Of a DNA stretch of 64,000 nucleotides, positions 30,755 to 48,419 are shown in pieces; the stretch's first letter is position 1, and every line of letters begins with the position of its first letter. The position numbers were made by a program, and so were the translations under genes. The notes beneath the pieces are model-generated. The model saw only the letters and a list, made by a program, of their open reading frames with translations, made no database searches and was not told the DNA's origin. Origin of the DNA: the human T2T-CHM13v2.0 reference genome, Homo sapiens; assembly GCF_009914755.1 (NCBI RefSeq), contig NC_060931.1; one strand, 5' to 3'.

Positions 30755-32629
30755 CTGGGGAAGATACAATGAGAAATTAAGTACATAACAAAGGTATCAG
30801 TGATGGTTATCATCACCTCAGCAAACCGCCGTACCCTCAGTACACAGTGCCCTCAGCCACCATCTCCAGATCAATATGGCTATCAATGACAGATGGCCAA
30901 AGCATCCCTATTCACTCAGGTCATTCTTAGTTCACACGGTCCGACAGGATTTAGGAGTCTTGTGTCATTAGACTGTCTTTAGAAAACAACCTAGCCATTA
31001 ACGGCGGAAGCAGAGTAAAGTTGTATGTCAGACAGCTCACTGTTGACAGTTTAAATACACTCAGAAAGCTTAAAACATGTTGATTTTCTGTGTACTACGA
31101 TTACATTTTTACTGGCAGAGAACGTATCATTAAAACGTAAATGCATGTTGAAAGCAAAGCTATAAAAAGACTTTTCTGTCACAAACCATTTCTAGACCCA
31201 CCATAGCTAGGAAGAAAAAGTAATATTGTTCAGCACTGATTTGATCAAAATTGTAATTGCTGTGGAAAGGAGAAGGGACTTTGGCTCAAATATAATTTTT
31301 AATATAGTTTATACTTCACAGAATCTGATTTGGGATCCATTTAGTTAAGAGACAGTCACAGTAAAACAGGTACCTACCTTTACAGTAATATTTCATGAGG
31401 ATATTAACAATTTCCTAATTATTGCAATATTAACCCTTTATTACATGGTCCAATATTTTCACTCTTAATCATTCAGTTTGTCCCTTGAGTTATCTAAGGT
31501 AAGGTATCACCACTTTTGCCCAAAACGTATAAATGCTCAAGCAACACAAAGCAATACTGATGAGGCCCTATATTTACTACGAATAAATATTCTTCTGTAT
31601 TTCAGTTATTAAATAAATCCTACTCACTAGGAATTAGGATCTAAGCAAACATAGTTTTATGAATAGCCAATAAATTAGTTACGGATGCATAGGGAAATCC
31701 ATTTAATTTCAAGCAAGACCTTGAAATACATTTAGCCATTTATGTCTATGACATACAAATAACAGACTTATTACTATCACAGGGTAAATTCCTTCTTGCT
31801 CAAGTACTACTGACTTCATTATCTGAGGATTGGACATGGCCCAAAGTTTATTAACTCACAATATTTTCCTTCACAGCAGTATTTCCATGAACAGTTGCTT
31901 TAAATTGAAAAAACAGATCCATAGTTGTTAGGGGAGGCAGAAGAGGATGGTTTAGCATTGGTGAGCGATGTGGTCACTGAGTACAAGGCCCTGTTCTAGT
32001 CAAAGAAAAGTCACAAATACTCCATTTAGAAAGAGGCCTTAAATATTTTCTAGGAAGAATGAAAAATAATTTCTTTAGGGAGGAACATCCCTCAGTCAAA
32101 TTTCAAAAATAAATGGTAGCATTTATATAATAGTTGCCATAATGCTTCCTCACTAACAAGAGAGAGAACTCAAAAATAAAAGAATCTTGGCCTCTAGAAA
32201 AAGCAGTGGGAAACCTCTGGCCCTTAGTTTAATTTCTTCCAGCTACACCACGAAAAGTTTTCTAAAACTAAGTGTGCTTTGTGCCTCCCTTCTCTACCAT
32301 TAAGAGCAACAAATACAGCTGTGCAAACAGCAGGAATGTGTGTTCCTGTGGTAAGACGCATGTCCTGGCTCTTCCTAGAGGAATTCTTTTTCAGACATGT
32401 CCACAATCTTCTGAGTCAGTAGGCTCAAAGAAGGATGAGGGGATTGTGGGCAAGGGTAAACTCCAGCCTGAATCCATAAGAGAAGATATAAGGCAAATTG
32501 TTTGGGATTCTTGGGCAACAGAAAGAAAACTTTCTGACAGCTGGCAAGAAAGAAGCTGAGAAAGCAAGAAATATTGCTATTCCTCCTGTCCATTTTTATC
32601 TTTTTCTCCTCTGCCACCTTCTTTTTTTG

Positions 32630-33415
<786 letters not shown>

Positions 33416-33495
33416 ACTTTTCTTCTTCTTTTATTTTGAGTCTTGATTTCTTCTTTGCAACTTTTTTCACATCTGATAGAACTTTGGATCCTGAA

Positions 33496-33790
<295 letters not shown>

Positions 33791-33956
33791 TCATTTTCTT
33801 TGTTACTTATTTTCTATGGATCAGTGACATTGGATAGAAAAATTTCTCAATACTTGGTGTGTGGGATGTTCAACCACAAAGGCTGATGGCTTCATGTTTG
33901 TGTGAAACCCAAAAGACTGAGTTTCCTTTTGATCTGATGAAGAACTATTTTCGTAA

Positions 33957-34559
<603 letters not shown>

Positions 34560-35079
34560 CCTGTCCTTAATCAACGATTGTTACACTTGCGTTGCCTCTG
34601 AAACAATGATACAGAATTTAGGTAGAGACTCCAAGTGGCTGAACAGACTTCAGTGCAGCCTGAGCCCTGGTATAGGTCGTGTATCCTCTCCTCACAGTGA
34701 GATTTGGGCTCTGGAGGACTGTCTTATTAAAAGCAAGTTTCAACAGCAGAGAAGTGAGTCTGAACTAGATCTGTAGAGAAAAATTCTGTGTTGAAAGCGA
34801 AATGAATCTTAGCTCAAGTTTCAGCATGTTACTTTTGAACTAGCAATGCAAGTACTGTGTTTTTTAAGGATATGGAAGGAACCCAAAAGTCACTGCAGAA
34901 AGGAATCGTGATTAAAAAAAAAAAAAAAGAATCAAAGGGTAGGAGAAAGAGAGTAAGAGAAAGAGAGAGAAGGAAACATTTACTCAAGTGGAAGTGTTCT
35001 CTTCCTAGCCTCCAAGAGAGCACCCCTTTTGGGTGGGCAGCCTGGGGAAAAGCACTTCAGGAGCAGTTTGCTACAGCAA

Positions 35080-36565
35080 GCAATGCTGCTGACTGTTCCC
35101 TCCTTGGAACTCCTTGGCCCTTTGGGTTTCTGGACACCTCTATTCTAGTCCTCCTTCTCCTGTGCCCTCCCTGATTATTTCCCAGGGCTGACTCCTTAGA
35201 GCTTTCTCTTCTCATTCCAGAAGCTCTAGATGAACAAGTTTGTTTATTTCTATGGCTTCTCCTACCCCTTAAATGATAGCAACTCCCAAATGTACCTTTT
35301 TAAACCATTCTCTCTTCTAAAACCCACAAGCCAAATTGGCCATCAGTAACTGATTGGTGATCACATCTAAAATCAAAGTTATCTCCATTCCTCCTAAACC
35401 TCTTCCCACCATACTTTACCAGTTCCCAGTCAAAGCAGTTCTGAAGTCATTCTTCATTATTTCCTCTAATACAACTACCAAATCTGATCTATCACCAACT
35501 GCTATTGAATGTACTTCTAGAATCTCTCTCTAATCTGTACCTATCTTCCAATCCTACTGCCACTGTTTTTTGGGATTTTTTGGTTTGTGTTTCTTTGTTT
35601 TGTTTTTTTTTTTTTTGAGACTGGGTCTCACTTTGTTACCAAGGCCGGAATGCAGTGGCGATCATAGCTCACTGTCACCTCAAATTCCTGGGCTCCAGGG
35701 ATCCTCTCACCTCAGCCTTTAAAGTAGCTGGGACTACAGGCATGAGCCACCATGCCCAGCTAATTTTTTAAAAAATTTTTTGTAGAGATGGAGTCCCGCT
35801 ATGTCTAGGCTGGTCTCAAACTCCTGGGCTCAAATGATCTTCCCATCTTGGACTCCAAAAGTGCTGGAATTACAGGCATGAGCCATCATGTCTGGCCTAC
35901 TGCCACTGTCTTATACAAAGCTTTCATCATCTCCTCCCTGGATTCCTAACTTTCATTTCTGATCTTTTTTTCTGGCCAATCTTTGTACCAAAGTGAACTT
36001 TCTAAAGCATAAATCTAATATTTTCTTTTTTACTAACTTTAATAACCTTTAATGGGTTCCCTCTGATTCTCAAAATAAAAATCCAAATCCAAACAAGGTT
36101 TTTTATAACATTGATGAAGTGTTCCTTGACATCCTCATCTCTTACAATTTCCCCCTCTGCACTCACAAACCTTATTTCAAACCCTGCAGTTTGGCCACAA
36201 CCGGTTATGTGCCACTCCCCAAGCACAGCATGTTTCTTCATGATTCCTTGCACGTTTTGTTTCCTCTATATGAAATGTTGTTCCCTGCCTGGTGAGCTCC
36301 TTCATACTCTAAGATTAAGCTCCAATGTCACTCCTCTGTAAAGCTTTCCCTCACTGCCCAATAGATTACTTATACCTACCTGTGGGATTATTAGTCCTTA
36401 CCTCTATTGGGGAACCTTTAAAGATACACTGCAAGTACTGGTTTATGTATTTTTCTCCCTGAACAAATGAGACTGACATTGTGAGCTTGTAAAAGATAGG
36501 CATTGGCTCTTATTCCTTTTGATGTTCCCAGCTGTTTACCAAATACTCAAGAAATGTTAATGATG
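35080..36565 (+). mobile_element. L2 relic interrupted by an AluJ
   Basis: L2-like segments (actcccaaatgtac, aagctccaatgtcactcctctgtaaagctttccc, tgtgagcttg...aatactcaagaaatgtt). Confidence 0.65.
35580..35897 (-). mobile_element. AluJ
   Basis: Reverse Alu; TSD cctactgccactgt. Confidence 0.9.
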
Positions 36566-36898
36566 TCAAGAGAATTCAGCTTTCCACACAAAGAAAGAAC
36601 CCCAGGACCCTCCAGAAAGTGCCACCCTTTCCCAGAGAGAACTCTTTAGGCCCATGTAGTCTTGCCCTGTGACTTAGCCCATAGCTAGAATAAGGGCAGA
36701 ATATATTCCTTCAGCTTAAAAGAGAGACCGATGGGAACAGGGCAGAGAGACAGAAAGACAGAAGGAAGGAGGAAGAGATAGACGACCACTCCTTTGATAA
36801 TTCAGTGCACTTTTCCCCCCTAGAAAAAGGAACCTTGTTCCTTGATCACAAAATTGGAAAAGAAATAGAACCTTCCCACAATGCTCTGTATTTAGAGG

Positions 36899-36962
36899 AT
36901 ACTTAAAGAGCACTTGAATTTATTTATTTATTTATTTATTTATTCAAGTGTTCTTTAAGTAT
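36899..36962. repeat. Inverted repeat with 21-bp arms around a (TTTA)n loop
   Basis: atacttaaagagcacttgaat (36899-36919) vs attcaagtgttctttaagtat (36942-36962): 20 of 21 positions complementary. Confidence 0.95.
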
Positions 36963-38437
36963 ACAGGTGAATGCTCTCCAGTTGGTGGGAAATTTGTACT
37001 AGAAATAAGGAACTCAGCATCTCACTCACCTTAGTTTGTCCTTCACCAGCCCGTCTTTCTCTTTCTGAGAGCCTTTGTCTCCCTCTCTTCATGTCCAACA
37101 AGCAGAGAAAAATTAAAGTGGCACCAGGAAATTTTTCTAGCCTCTATATCCAAATAACCTCTTAAAAACACACTTGATTTACAACTACAACATATGCAAC
37201 TGAGTATCTAAACTGTAAATCGAATGTAACCATTGTTCCTTTGGACATTTCCTTAATTTAATGAGTGATAAATACACCCTTTAAGGACTATCAGTTCTAA
37301 TCATTTCCAAATGACTGATTTCCAGTGTGCTGCTACCATACATTTCCTTTATGTAAATAAATAAATATTTCTAAATTGCTTCCATTAATGTATAGAAAAA
37401 CATTTGTTATTTATTTGTAAATGGTCATGGGAGGATTATAAGCATATTGCCAAATAAAATTCTATAACAATTCTCTTAGTATATTATGTTTGAAAATGCA
37501 ATATTTATATAGTAGAAACCATAATATTAAAACCCAACAAGCTTCTATAAGTTTGTCCTTTTTAAATTTAAGCTATTAAAATATTTTTGAATATGAGGAG
37601 AAATCTTTTAATGCCAATTCCATATCAAAGGTTAGGATTTTGCATTTATACAGAGCAGAGTTCATGAACTCCTGCTAATCATGTTAACAATCTACCAGGT
37701 TTCTAAAGGCTCAGCAGGGGTTAGAATTAGAAGGCTCTGCCATCAACATCAATAACAGGAACAGTGACACTCAGAAGAGTTTACCACCGTGCTCTCCTAA
37801 GAGGGTTCAGCACATTCAGGCACTGTAGCCCATAACTGAAGGAAATCTATAGTTAGTGATTCCAAAAGGGATCTAGAGGGACACATTATTTCAGATTTTG
37901 TTTTAAATAGTGAGTCTTAAAAATTATATATGTGTGTAGGTATACATATTGTGTGCGTGCTAGTATATATACAATATTATGATAGTCATACTTTTTATTT
38001 GAAAGAGCCTTACCACTCAAAAGGATTTTGAGTTCAAATTTTTGTTTTGGTAACAAGAAAGACGTGAATGAAATCTCAAATGTTTCTCTGGGAGGCAAGA
38101 AAATGGTTTGAATCCCTAATTCAGAATGCAGCCTGTTGGACAAATGATGACTCAAACAATCTCATGTATCCTGGGCCCAAGGCAGGTGGCAAATCAATTC
38201 AGAAACACATAAAAACAAAGTGAATACCTTTGAGTTTACAGATATACATTAAAAGCTAATTTCAAAGTATTTTTAAAAATAAACTTTCCACAATATGAAT
38301 TTGTTATCTATGGATTTCCACAGGCAGGAAAACATGTCCTCTTCCACCCCTTTTTCAAATTCTCACCCAATTCCCTTTCTTCACTCCCTTCTCCATAAAA
38401 AACACAATATTCAAATCTTAAGGCCAAGATGGCTAAG

Positions 38438-38466
38438 GTTTTTGTTGTTGTTGTTGTTTGAGACAG
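38438..38466 (-). mobile_element. 3' tip and tail of the Alu split by HERV-L
   Basis: (TTG)n tail plus tttgagacag; the Alu continues at 51199. Confidence 0.85.
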
Positions 38467-38948
38467 TGTGATGATTAATACTGAGTGTCAACTTGATTGG
38501 ATTGAAGGATGCAAAGTATTGATCCTGGGTTTGTCTGTGAGGGTGTTGCCAAAGGAGATTAACATCTGAGTCAGTGGGCTGGGAAATGCTTAACCCTTAA
38601 GCATTAACATTTGAGTCAGTGGGCTGGAAAATGCTTAAATCCTTAATCTGGGTGGGCACCATCTAATCAGCTGCCAGCACAGCCAGAATATAAAGCAGGC
38701 AGAAAAATGTGAAAAGGCTAGACTGGCCTAGCCCCCAGCCTACATCTTCCTCCTGTGCAGGATGCTTCCTGCCCTTGAACATCAGACTCCAAGTTCTTCA
38801 GCTTTGGGACTCAGGCTGGCTTCCTTGCTCCTCAGCTTGCAGCCTATTGTGGGACCTTGTGACCATGTGGGTTAATACTACTTGATAAACTCTCCTTTTT
38901 ATACATATATATCCTATTAGTTCTGTCCCTCTAGAGAACCCTAATACA
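38467..38948 (+). mobile_element. 5' LTR, MLT2A1-type
   Basis: tgtgatg...ctaataca; direct repeat of 50749-51198; carries an extra 45-bp duplication. Confidence 0.95.
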
Positions 38949-38953
38949 GATTT

Positions 38954-38971
38954 TGGTATCAGGAGTGGTCC
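38954..38971 (+). promoter_or_regulatory. Primer-binding site (tRNA-Leu)
   Basis: tggtatcaggagtgg just after the LTR, nearly complementary to the 3' end of tRNA-Leu(TAA) (...CCACTCCTGGTACCA). Confidence 0.85.
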
Positions 38972-38991
38972 TAGAGAAACAGAATATTAAG

Positions 38992-40705
38992 GATGGAGTT
39001 CTTTTGTTGGTTTTGGGGTTTCTGCAGTTGACTGCTTAATATGGTTAGACCCAAAAATGCTAAGGACTGTACTTCTAATAGTATGGAAAACACTGATAGT
39101 CTTTGGTGTGAACTGTTTAGAGAGTTATACAAAATAAATGCATTTGACACTCCTGATTTGCCACTCATGAGAGACAAGGAGTTTAGTGACTCTGTACATA
39201 ATACCTTTGACTATATATGGAGAACCAGTGAACATAATGAAGTTGGTTGGTTGCTCCTAAGATCACTGGACAGTGATGAAAGAAAATGATGAACTCAAAG
39301 ATTCTAACTCGTGGCTTCAGAAGCAGATACTGAGCCTCAAATCCGCTAAGATTGCCCTGAGTGGGAGTTTTATCTCCTGTAGAGAAAGAGCAGAAATTGT
39401 GGAAAAACAGATAGCTCTTATCAAGCAAGTGGCTGACTTGCAAAGAAAGGTGCAGGCATAACCTCACCAGGTGTCTACTGTTAAAGTGAGGGCATTAACT
39501 GGAAAAGAGTGGGACCCTGCAACTTGGAATGGGGACGTGTGGCCCTGATGAAGGTGGGGACACTGCGCTTGTAAATTCTGATGAACCTTTTTTGCTAGAA
39601 GAAACAGCTTCCCCATCCCCAGTAGTGACAATATCCCCTCCCTGACCCACACTGCCATCATCCTTTCCACCTTTGTCTGAGGAGATAAACCCTGCAGTGC
39701 CTGAGGCAACTGCGATGGCCTCCCCTGAGGCAGTTGCCAGGCAAGATAATGTTGATTCTCTTCAGGAGCCACCCCCAACACCCCTGTTTATTTCTGGACC
39801 CATAATTAAAGTCCTAGAGGTGAGGTTCAGAGTGTGACCCATGAGGAGGTGCACTACACTCGAAAAGAACTGCTTGAGTTTTCTAATTTATATACGCAGA
39901 AATCTGGAGAACAGACATGGGAATGGATATTAAGGGTGTGGGATAATGGTCAAAGGAACATAGAGTTAGATCAGGCTGAATTTATTGATTTGGGCCCACT
40001 AAGTAGGGATTCTGCATTTAATGTTGCAGCTCATGGAGTTAAAAAAGGCTAAAATAGTTTATTTGCTTGGTTACCTAAAATATGGATTAAAAGATGGCCC
40101 ACTGTGAGTGAGGTGGAAAAGCCTGATCTCCCTTGGTTTAATATAGAGGAAGGGATCCAAAGGTTTAGGGAGATTGAGTTTAGGTAGAGTGGATTAGTCA
40201 CTTTAGACCTACTCATCCCGGCTGGGAGGGTCTAGAAGATATACCCTTGAACAATGCTTTGTGAAACAGATTTTTCAGGGCAGCAGTTGCAACTTTGAAG
40301 AGCCCTGTAATTGCTCTTCTCTGTATGTCAGATCTAACAGTAGGAACCACAGTCACTCAACTACAAAATTTAAATACTATGGGAATAATTAAATCCCGAG
40401 GTGGCAAGGGCCAAGTGGCAGCACTCAACCATCAAAGGCAAGCTACTGTAATGGACAGCAGAGGCAAAGCAGCAATCAGAATAGCCTGACTTCTGTAGAG
40501 GTCTGGCATCGGCTAATTAATCACAGTGTTCCTAGAAGTAAAATTGATAGGAAGCCTACTGCATTCCTACTTAATTTATATAAGCAGAAAACTTCTACAT
40601 TGAATGGACAAAAGACTAATTTGAATTATAAAAACAGAGAATCACAGCCCCTCAATCAATTTCCAGACTTGGCCCAGTTTACAGATCCAGAACCCCTTGA
40701 ATGAA
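38992..40705 (+). pseudogene. gag: HERV-L gag remnant
   Basis: Fragments such as WEWILRVWDNG...ELDQAEFIDLG (39834-40052), broken by several stops and frameshifts; boundaries approximate. Confidence 0.85.
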
Positions 40706-43241
40706 GGGGAGGCTGGGTCCTCTTGAGGAAGGATCCCACTACACTACCGACAATTTATGCTGTTAATCTTTCTCCCATCCTTCCCCATGGAGGCCTCCAG
40801 ACTTTTACCAGAGTACCTGTGCATTCTGGAAAGGAAAATAATTAGGCTTTTTGGGGACTACTGGACACTGGCTCTGAGCTGACGTTGATTCCAAGGGACC
40901 CAAAATGTCATTGTAGTCCTCTGGTTAAAGTAGGGGCTTATGGAGGTCAGGTAATTAATGGAGTTTTAGCTCAGGTCTGACTTACAGTGGGTCCAGTGGG
41001 TCCCCGGACTCATCCTGTGGTCATTTCACCAGTGCCAGAATGCATAATTGGCATAGACATACTTAGCAGCTGGCAGAACCCCCACATTGGCTCCTTGACT
41101 GGTAGAGTGAGGGCTATTATGGTGGGAAAGGCCAAATGGAAGCCATTAGAGCTGCCTGTACCTAGAAAAATAGTAAATCAGAAACAACATCACATCCTGG
41201 AGGGATTGTGGAGATTAGTGTCACCATAAAGGACTTGAAAGATGCAGGGGGGTGATTCTCACCACATCCCCTTTCAACTCTCCCATTTGGCCTGTGCAGA
41301 AGACAGATGGATCTTGGAGAATGACAGTGGATTATCGTAAGCTTAACCAAGTGGTGACTCCAACTGCAGCTGCTGTACCAGATGTGGTTTCATTGCTTGA
41401 GCAAATTAACACATCTCCTGGTACCTGATATGCAGCCACTAACTTGGCAAATGCCTTTTTCTCCATTCCTGTCCATAAGGCCCACCAGAAGCAATTTGCC
41501 TTCAGCTGGCAAGGCCAGCAATATACCTTTACTGTCTTGCCTCAGGGGTATATCAACTCTCCAGCTTTGTGTCATAATCTTATTCAGAGAGACCTTGATC
41601 GCTTTTTGCTTCCACAAGATATCACACTGGTCCATTACATTGAAGACATGATGACATTATGCTGATTGGATCCAGTGAGCAAGAAGTAGTAAACACACTG
41701 GACTTATTGGTGAGACATTTGTGTGCCCAGAGGATGGGAAATAAATCCAACTAAAATGCAGGATCTTCTACCTCAGTAAAATTTCTAGGGGTCCAGTGGT
41801 GTGGGGCCTGTTGAGATATTCTTTCTAGGGTGAAGGATAAATTGCTGCATTTGGCCCCTCCTACAACCAAGAAAGAGGCACAAAGCCTAGCGGGCCTATT
41901 TGGATTTTGGAAGCAACACATTCCTCTTTTGGGAATGTTACTCCAACTCATTTATCGAGTGACCCGAAATGCTGCCAGTTTTGAGTGGCGTCCAGAAAAG
42001 GAGAAGGCTCTGCAACAGGTCCAAGCTGCTGTGCAAGCTGCTCTGCCACTTAGGCCATATAACTCAGAAGATCCAATGGTGCTTGAGGTGTCAGTGGCAG
42101 ATAGGGATGCTGTTTGGAGCATTTGGCAGGCCCCACAAGTGAATCACAGCAGAGGCCTCTAGGATTTTGGAGCAAGGCCCTGCTGTCTTCTGCAGATACT
42201 CTCTTTTTGAGACACAGCTATTGGCCTGTTACTGGGCTTTGGTGGAAACTAAATGTTTGACTACGAATGATCAAGTCACCATGTGACCTGAACTGCTCAT
42301 CATGAACTGGGTGCTTTCTGACCCATCTAGCCATAAAGTAGGTCATGCACAGCAGGATTCCATCATCAAATGGAAGTGGTATATATGGGATCAGGCTCAA
42401 GCAGGTCCTGAAGGCACAAGTGAGTTACATGAGGAAGTGGCTCAAATGCCCATGGTCTCCACTCCTGCCACTCTGCCTTCTCTCCCCGAGCCTGCACCGA
42501 TGGCTTCATGGGGAGTTCCCTACGATCAGTTGACAGCGGAAGAGAAGACTAGGGCCTGGTTCACAGATGGTTCTGCAAGATATGCAGGCACCACCCTAAA
42601 GGGGACAGCTGCAGCATTACAGCCCCTTTCTAGCACACCCCTGAAGGACAGCAGTGAAGGGAAATCTTCCCAGTGGCTAGAACTTTGAGCAGTGCACCTG
42701 ACTGTGCACTTTGCATGGAAGAAAAAATGACCAGATGTGCGATTATACGCTGATTCATGGGCTGTAGCCAATGGTTTGGCTGGATCACCAGGGACTTGGA
42801 AGAAGCATGATTGGAAAACTGGTGACAAAGAAATTTGGGGAAGAGGTATGTGTATGGACCTCTCTGAGTGGTCAAAAACTGTGAAGATATTTCTATCCCA
42901 TGTGAGTGCTCACCAATGGGTGACCTCAGCAGAGAAGGATTTTAATAATTAAGTGGATAGGACGACCCGTTCTGTGAACACCACTCAGCCACTTTCCCCA
43001 GCCACCCTGTCATCGTCCAGTGGGCCCATGAACAAAGTGGCCATGGTGGCAGGGATGGAGGTTAAGCATGGGCTCAGCAACATGGACTTCCACTCACCAA
43101 GGCTGACCTGGCTATGGCGACTGCTGAGTGCCCAATTTGCCAGCAGCGGAGACCAACACTGAGCCCTCGATATGACACCATTCCTCAGGGTGATCAGCCA
43201 GCTACCTGGTGGCAGGTTGATTACATTGGACCTCTTCCACC
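40706..43241 (+). pseudogene. pol: HERV-L pro-pol remnant (protease, RT, RNase H, integrase N-terminus)
   Basis: LLDTGS at ~40858; ANAFFSIP and LPQGY; disrupted YIDD at ~41636; WFTDGSAR (RNase H); CPICQQ and WQVDYIGP (integrase). Confidence 0.92.
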
Positions 43242-44159
43242 ATGGAAATGGCAGAAGTTTGTCCTCACTGGAATAGAGACACTTACTCTGGATATGGGTT
43301 TGCCTATCCTGCATGCAATGCTTCTGCCAAGACTACCATCCATGGACTCATGGAATGTTTTATCCACCATCATGGTGTTCTATACAGCATTGCCTCTGAC
43401 CAAGGCACTCACTTTACAGCTAAAGAAGTGTGGCAGTGGGCTCACGCTCCTGTAATTCACTGGTCTTACCAAGCTCCCCATCATCCTGAAGCAGCTGGAT
43501 TGATAGAACAGTGGAATAGCCTTTTGAAGTCACAATTACAACATCAACTAGGTGACAATACCTGGAAGGGCTGGGGTAAAGTTCTCCAGAAGGCTGTATA
43601 TGCTCTGAGTCAGTGTCCAACATATGGTACTGTTTCTCCCATAGCCAGGATTCACAGGTCCAGGAATCAAGGGGTGGAAGTGGAAGTGGCACCACTCACT
43701 ACCACCCCTAGTGATCCACTAGCAAAATTTTTGCTTCCTGTTCCCACAGCATTACATCCTGCTGGCCTAGAGGTCTTAGTTCCAGAGGGAGGAACACTAC
43801 CACCAGGAAACACCATAACAATTCTATTAAACTGGAAAGTTACAATTGCATCTGGACACTTTGGGCTCCTCCTGCCTTTAAGTCAACAGGCTAAGATGGG
43901 AGTTAGAGTGTTGGCTGGGGAGATTGACCCCGACTATCAAGATGAAATCAGTCTACTACTCCACAGCAGAGATAAAGAAGAGTATGCATGGAATACAGGA
44001 GATGCATTAGGGCGTCTCTTGGTATTACCATGCCCTGTGATTAAGATCAATGGGAAACTACAACAGCCCAGTCCAGGCAGGACTACAACAAATGGCCCCA
44101 AACCCTTCCGGAATGAAGGCATGGGTCACCCCACCATGGAAAATACCACAACCTGCTGA
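43242..44159 (+). CDS. Open 305-aa HERV-L integrase C-terminal part plus dUTPase-like ORF (expression unknown)
   Basis: SDQGTHF and LIEQWN integrase motifs followed by GEIDPDYQDEI (dUTPase motif III); ATG in CCACCATGG context. Confidence 0.4.
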   Translation: MEMAEVCPHWNRDTYSGYGFAYPACNASAKTTIHGLMECFIHHHGVLYSIASDQGTHFTAKEVWQWAHAPVIHWSYQAPHHPEAAGLIEQWNSLLKSQLQHQLGDNTWKGWGKVLQKAVYALSQCPTYGTVSPIARIHRSRNQGVEVEVAPLTTTPSDPLAKFLLPVPTALHPAGLEVLVPEGGTLPPGNTITILLNWKVTIASGHFGLLLPLSQQAKMGVRVLAGEIDPDYQDEISLLLHSRDKEEYAWNTGDALGRLLVLPCPVIKINGKLQQPSPGRTTTNGPKPFRNEGMGHPTMENTTTC

Positions 44160-44539
44160 GGTACTTGCTGAAGGCAAAGCAGATACACAGAATGGGTAGT
44201 AGAAGAAGGCAGTCATCAATACCAGCTACTACCATATGACCAGTTGCAGAAACAAGTACTGTAATTGTCATGAGTATTTCCTCCTTCTTTTATTAAAAAC
44301 ATGTTTGTGCATGTACACACTTTTTAATATTTTTTATTATACTTTAAGTTCTAGGGTACATGTGCACAACATGCAGGTTTGTTACATATGTATACGTGTG
44401 CCATGTTGGTGTGCTGCACCCATTAACTCGTCATTTACATTAGGTATATCTCCTAATGCTATCCCTCCCCACTCCCCCCACCCCACAACAGGCCCTGGTG
44501 TGTGATGTTCCCCTTCCTGTGTCCATGTGTTCTCACTGT

Positions 44540-48356
<3,817 letters not shown>

Positions 48357-48419
48357 TATGATGTTAGCTGGTTATTTTGCTCGTTAGTTGATGCAGTTTC
48401 TTCCTAGCCTCAATGGTCT

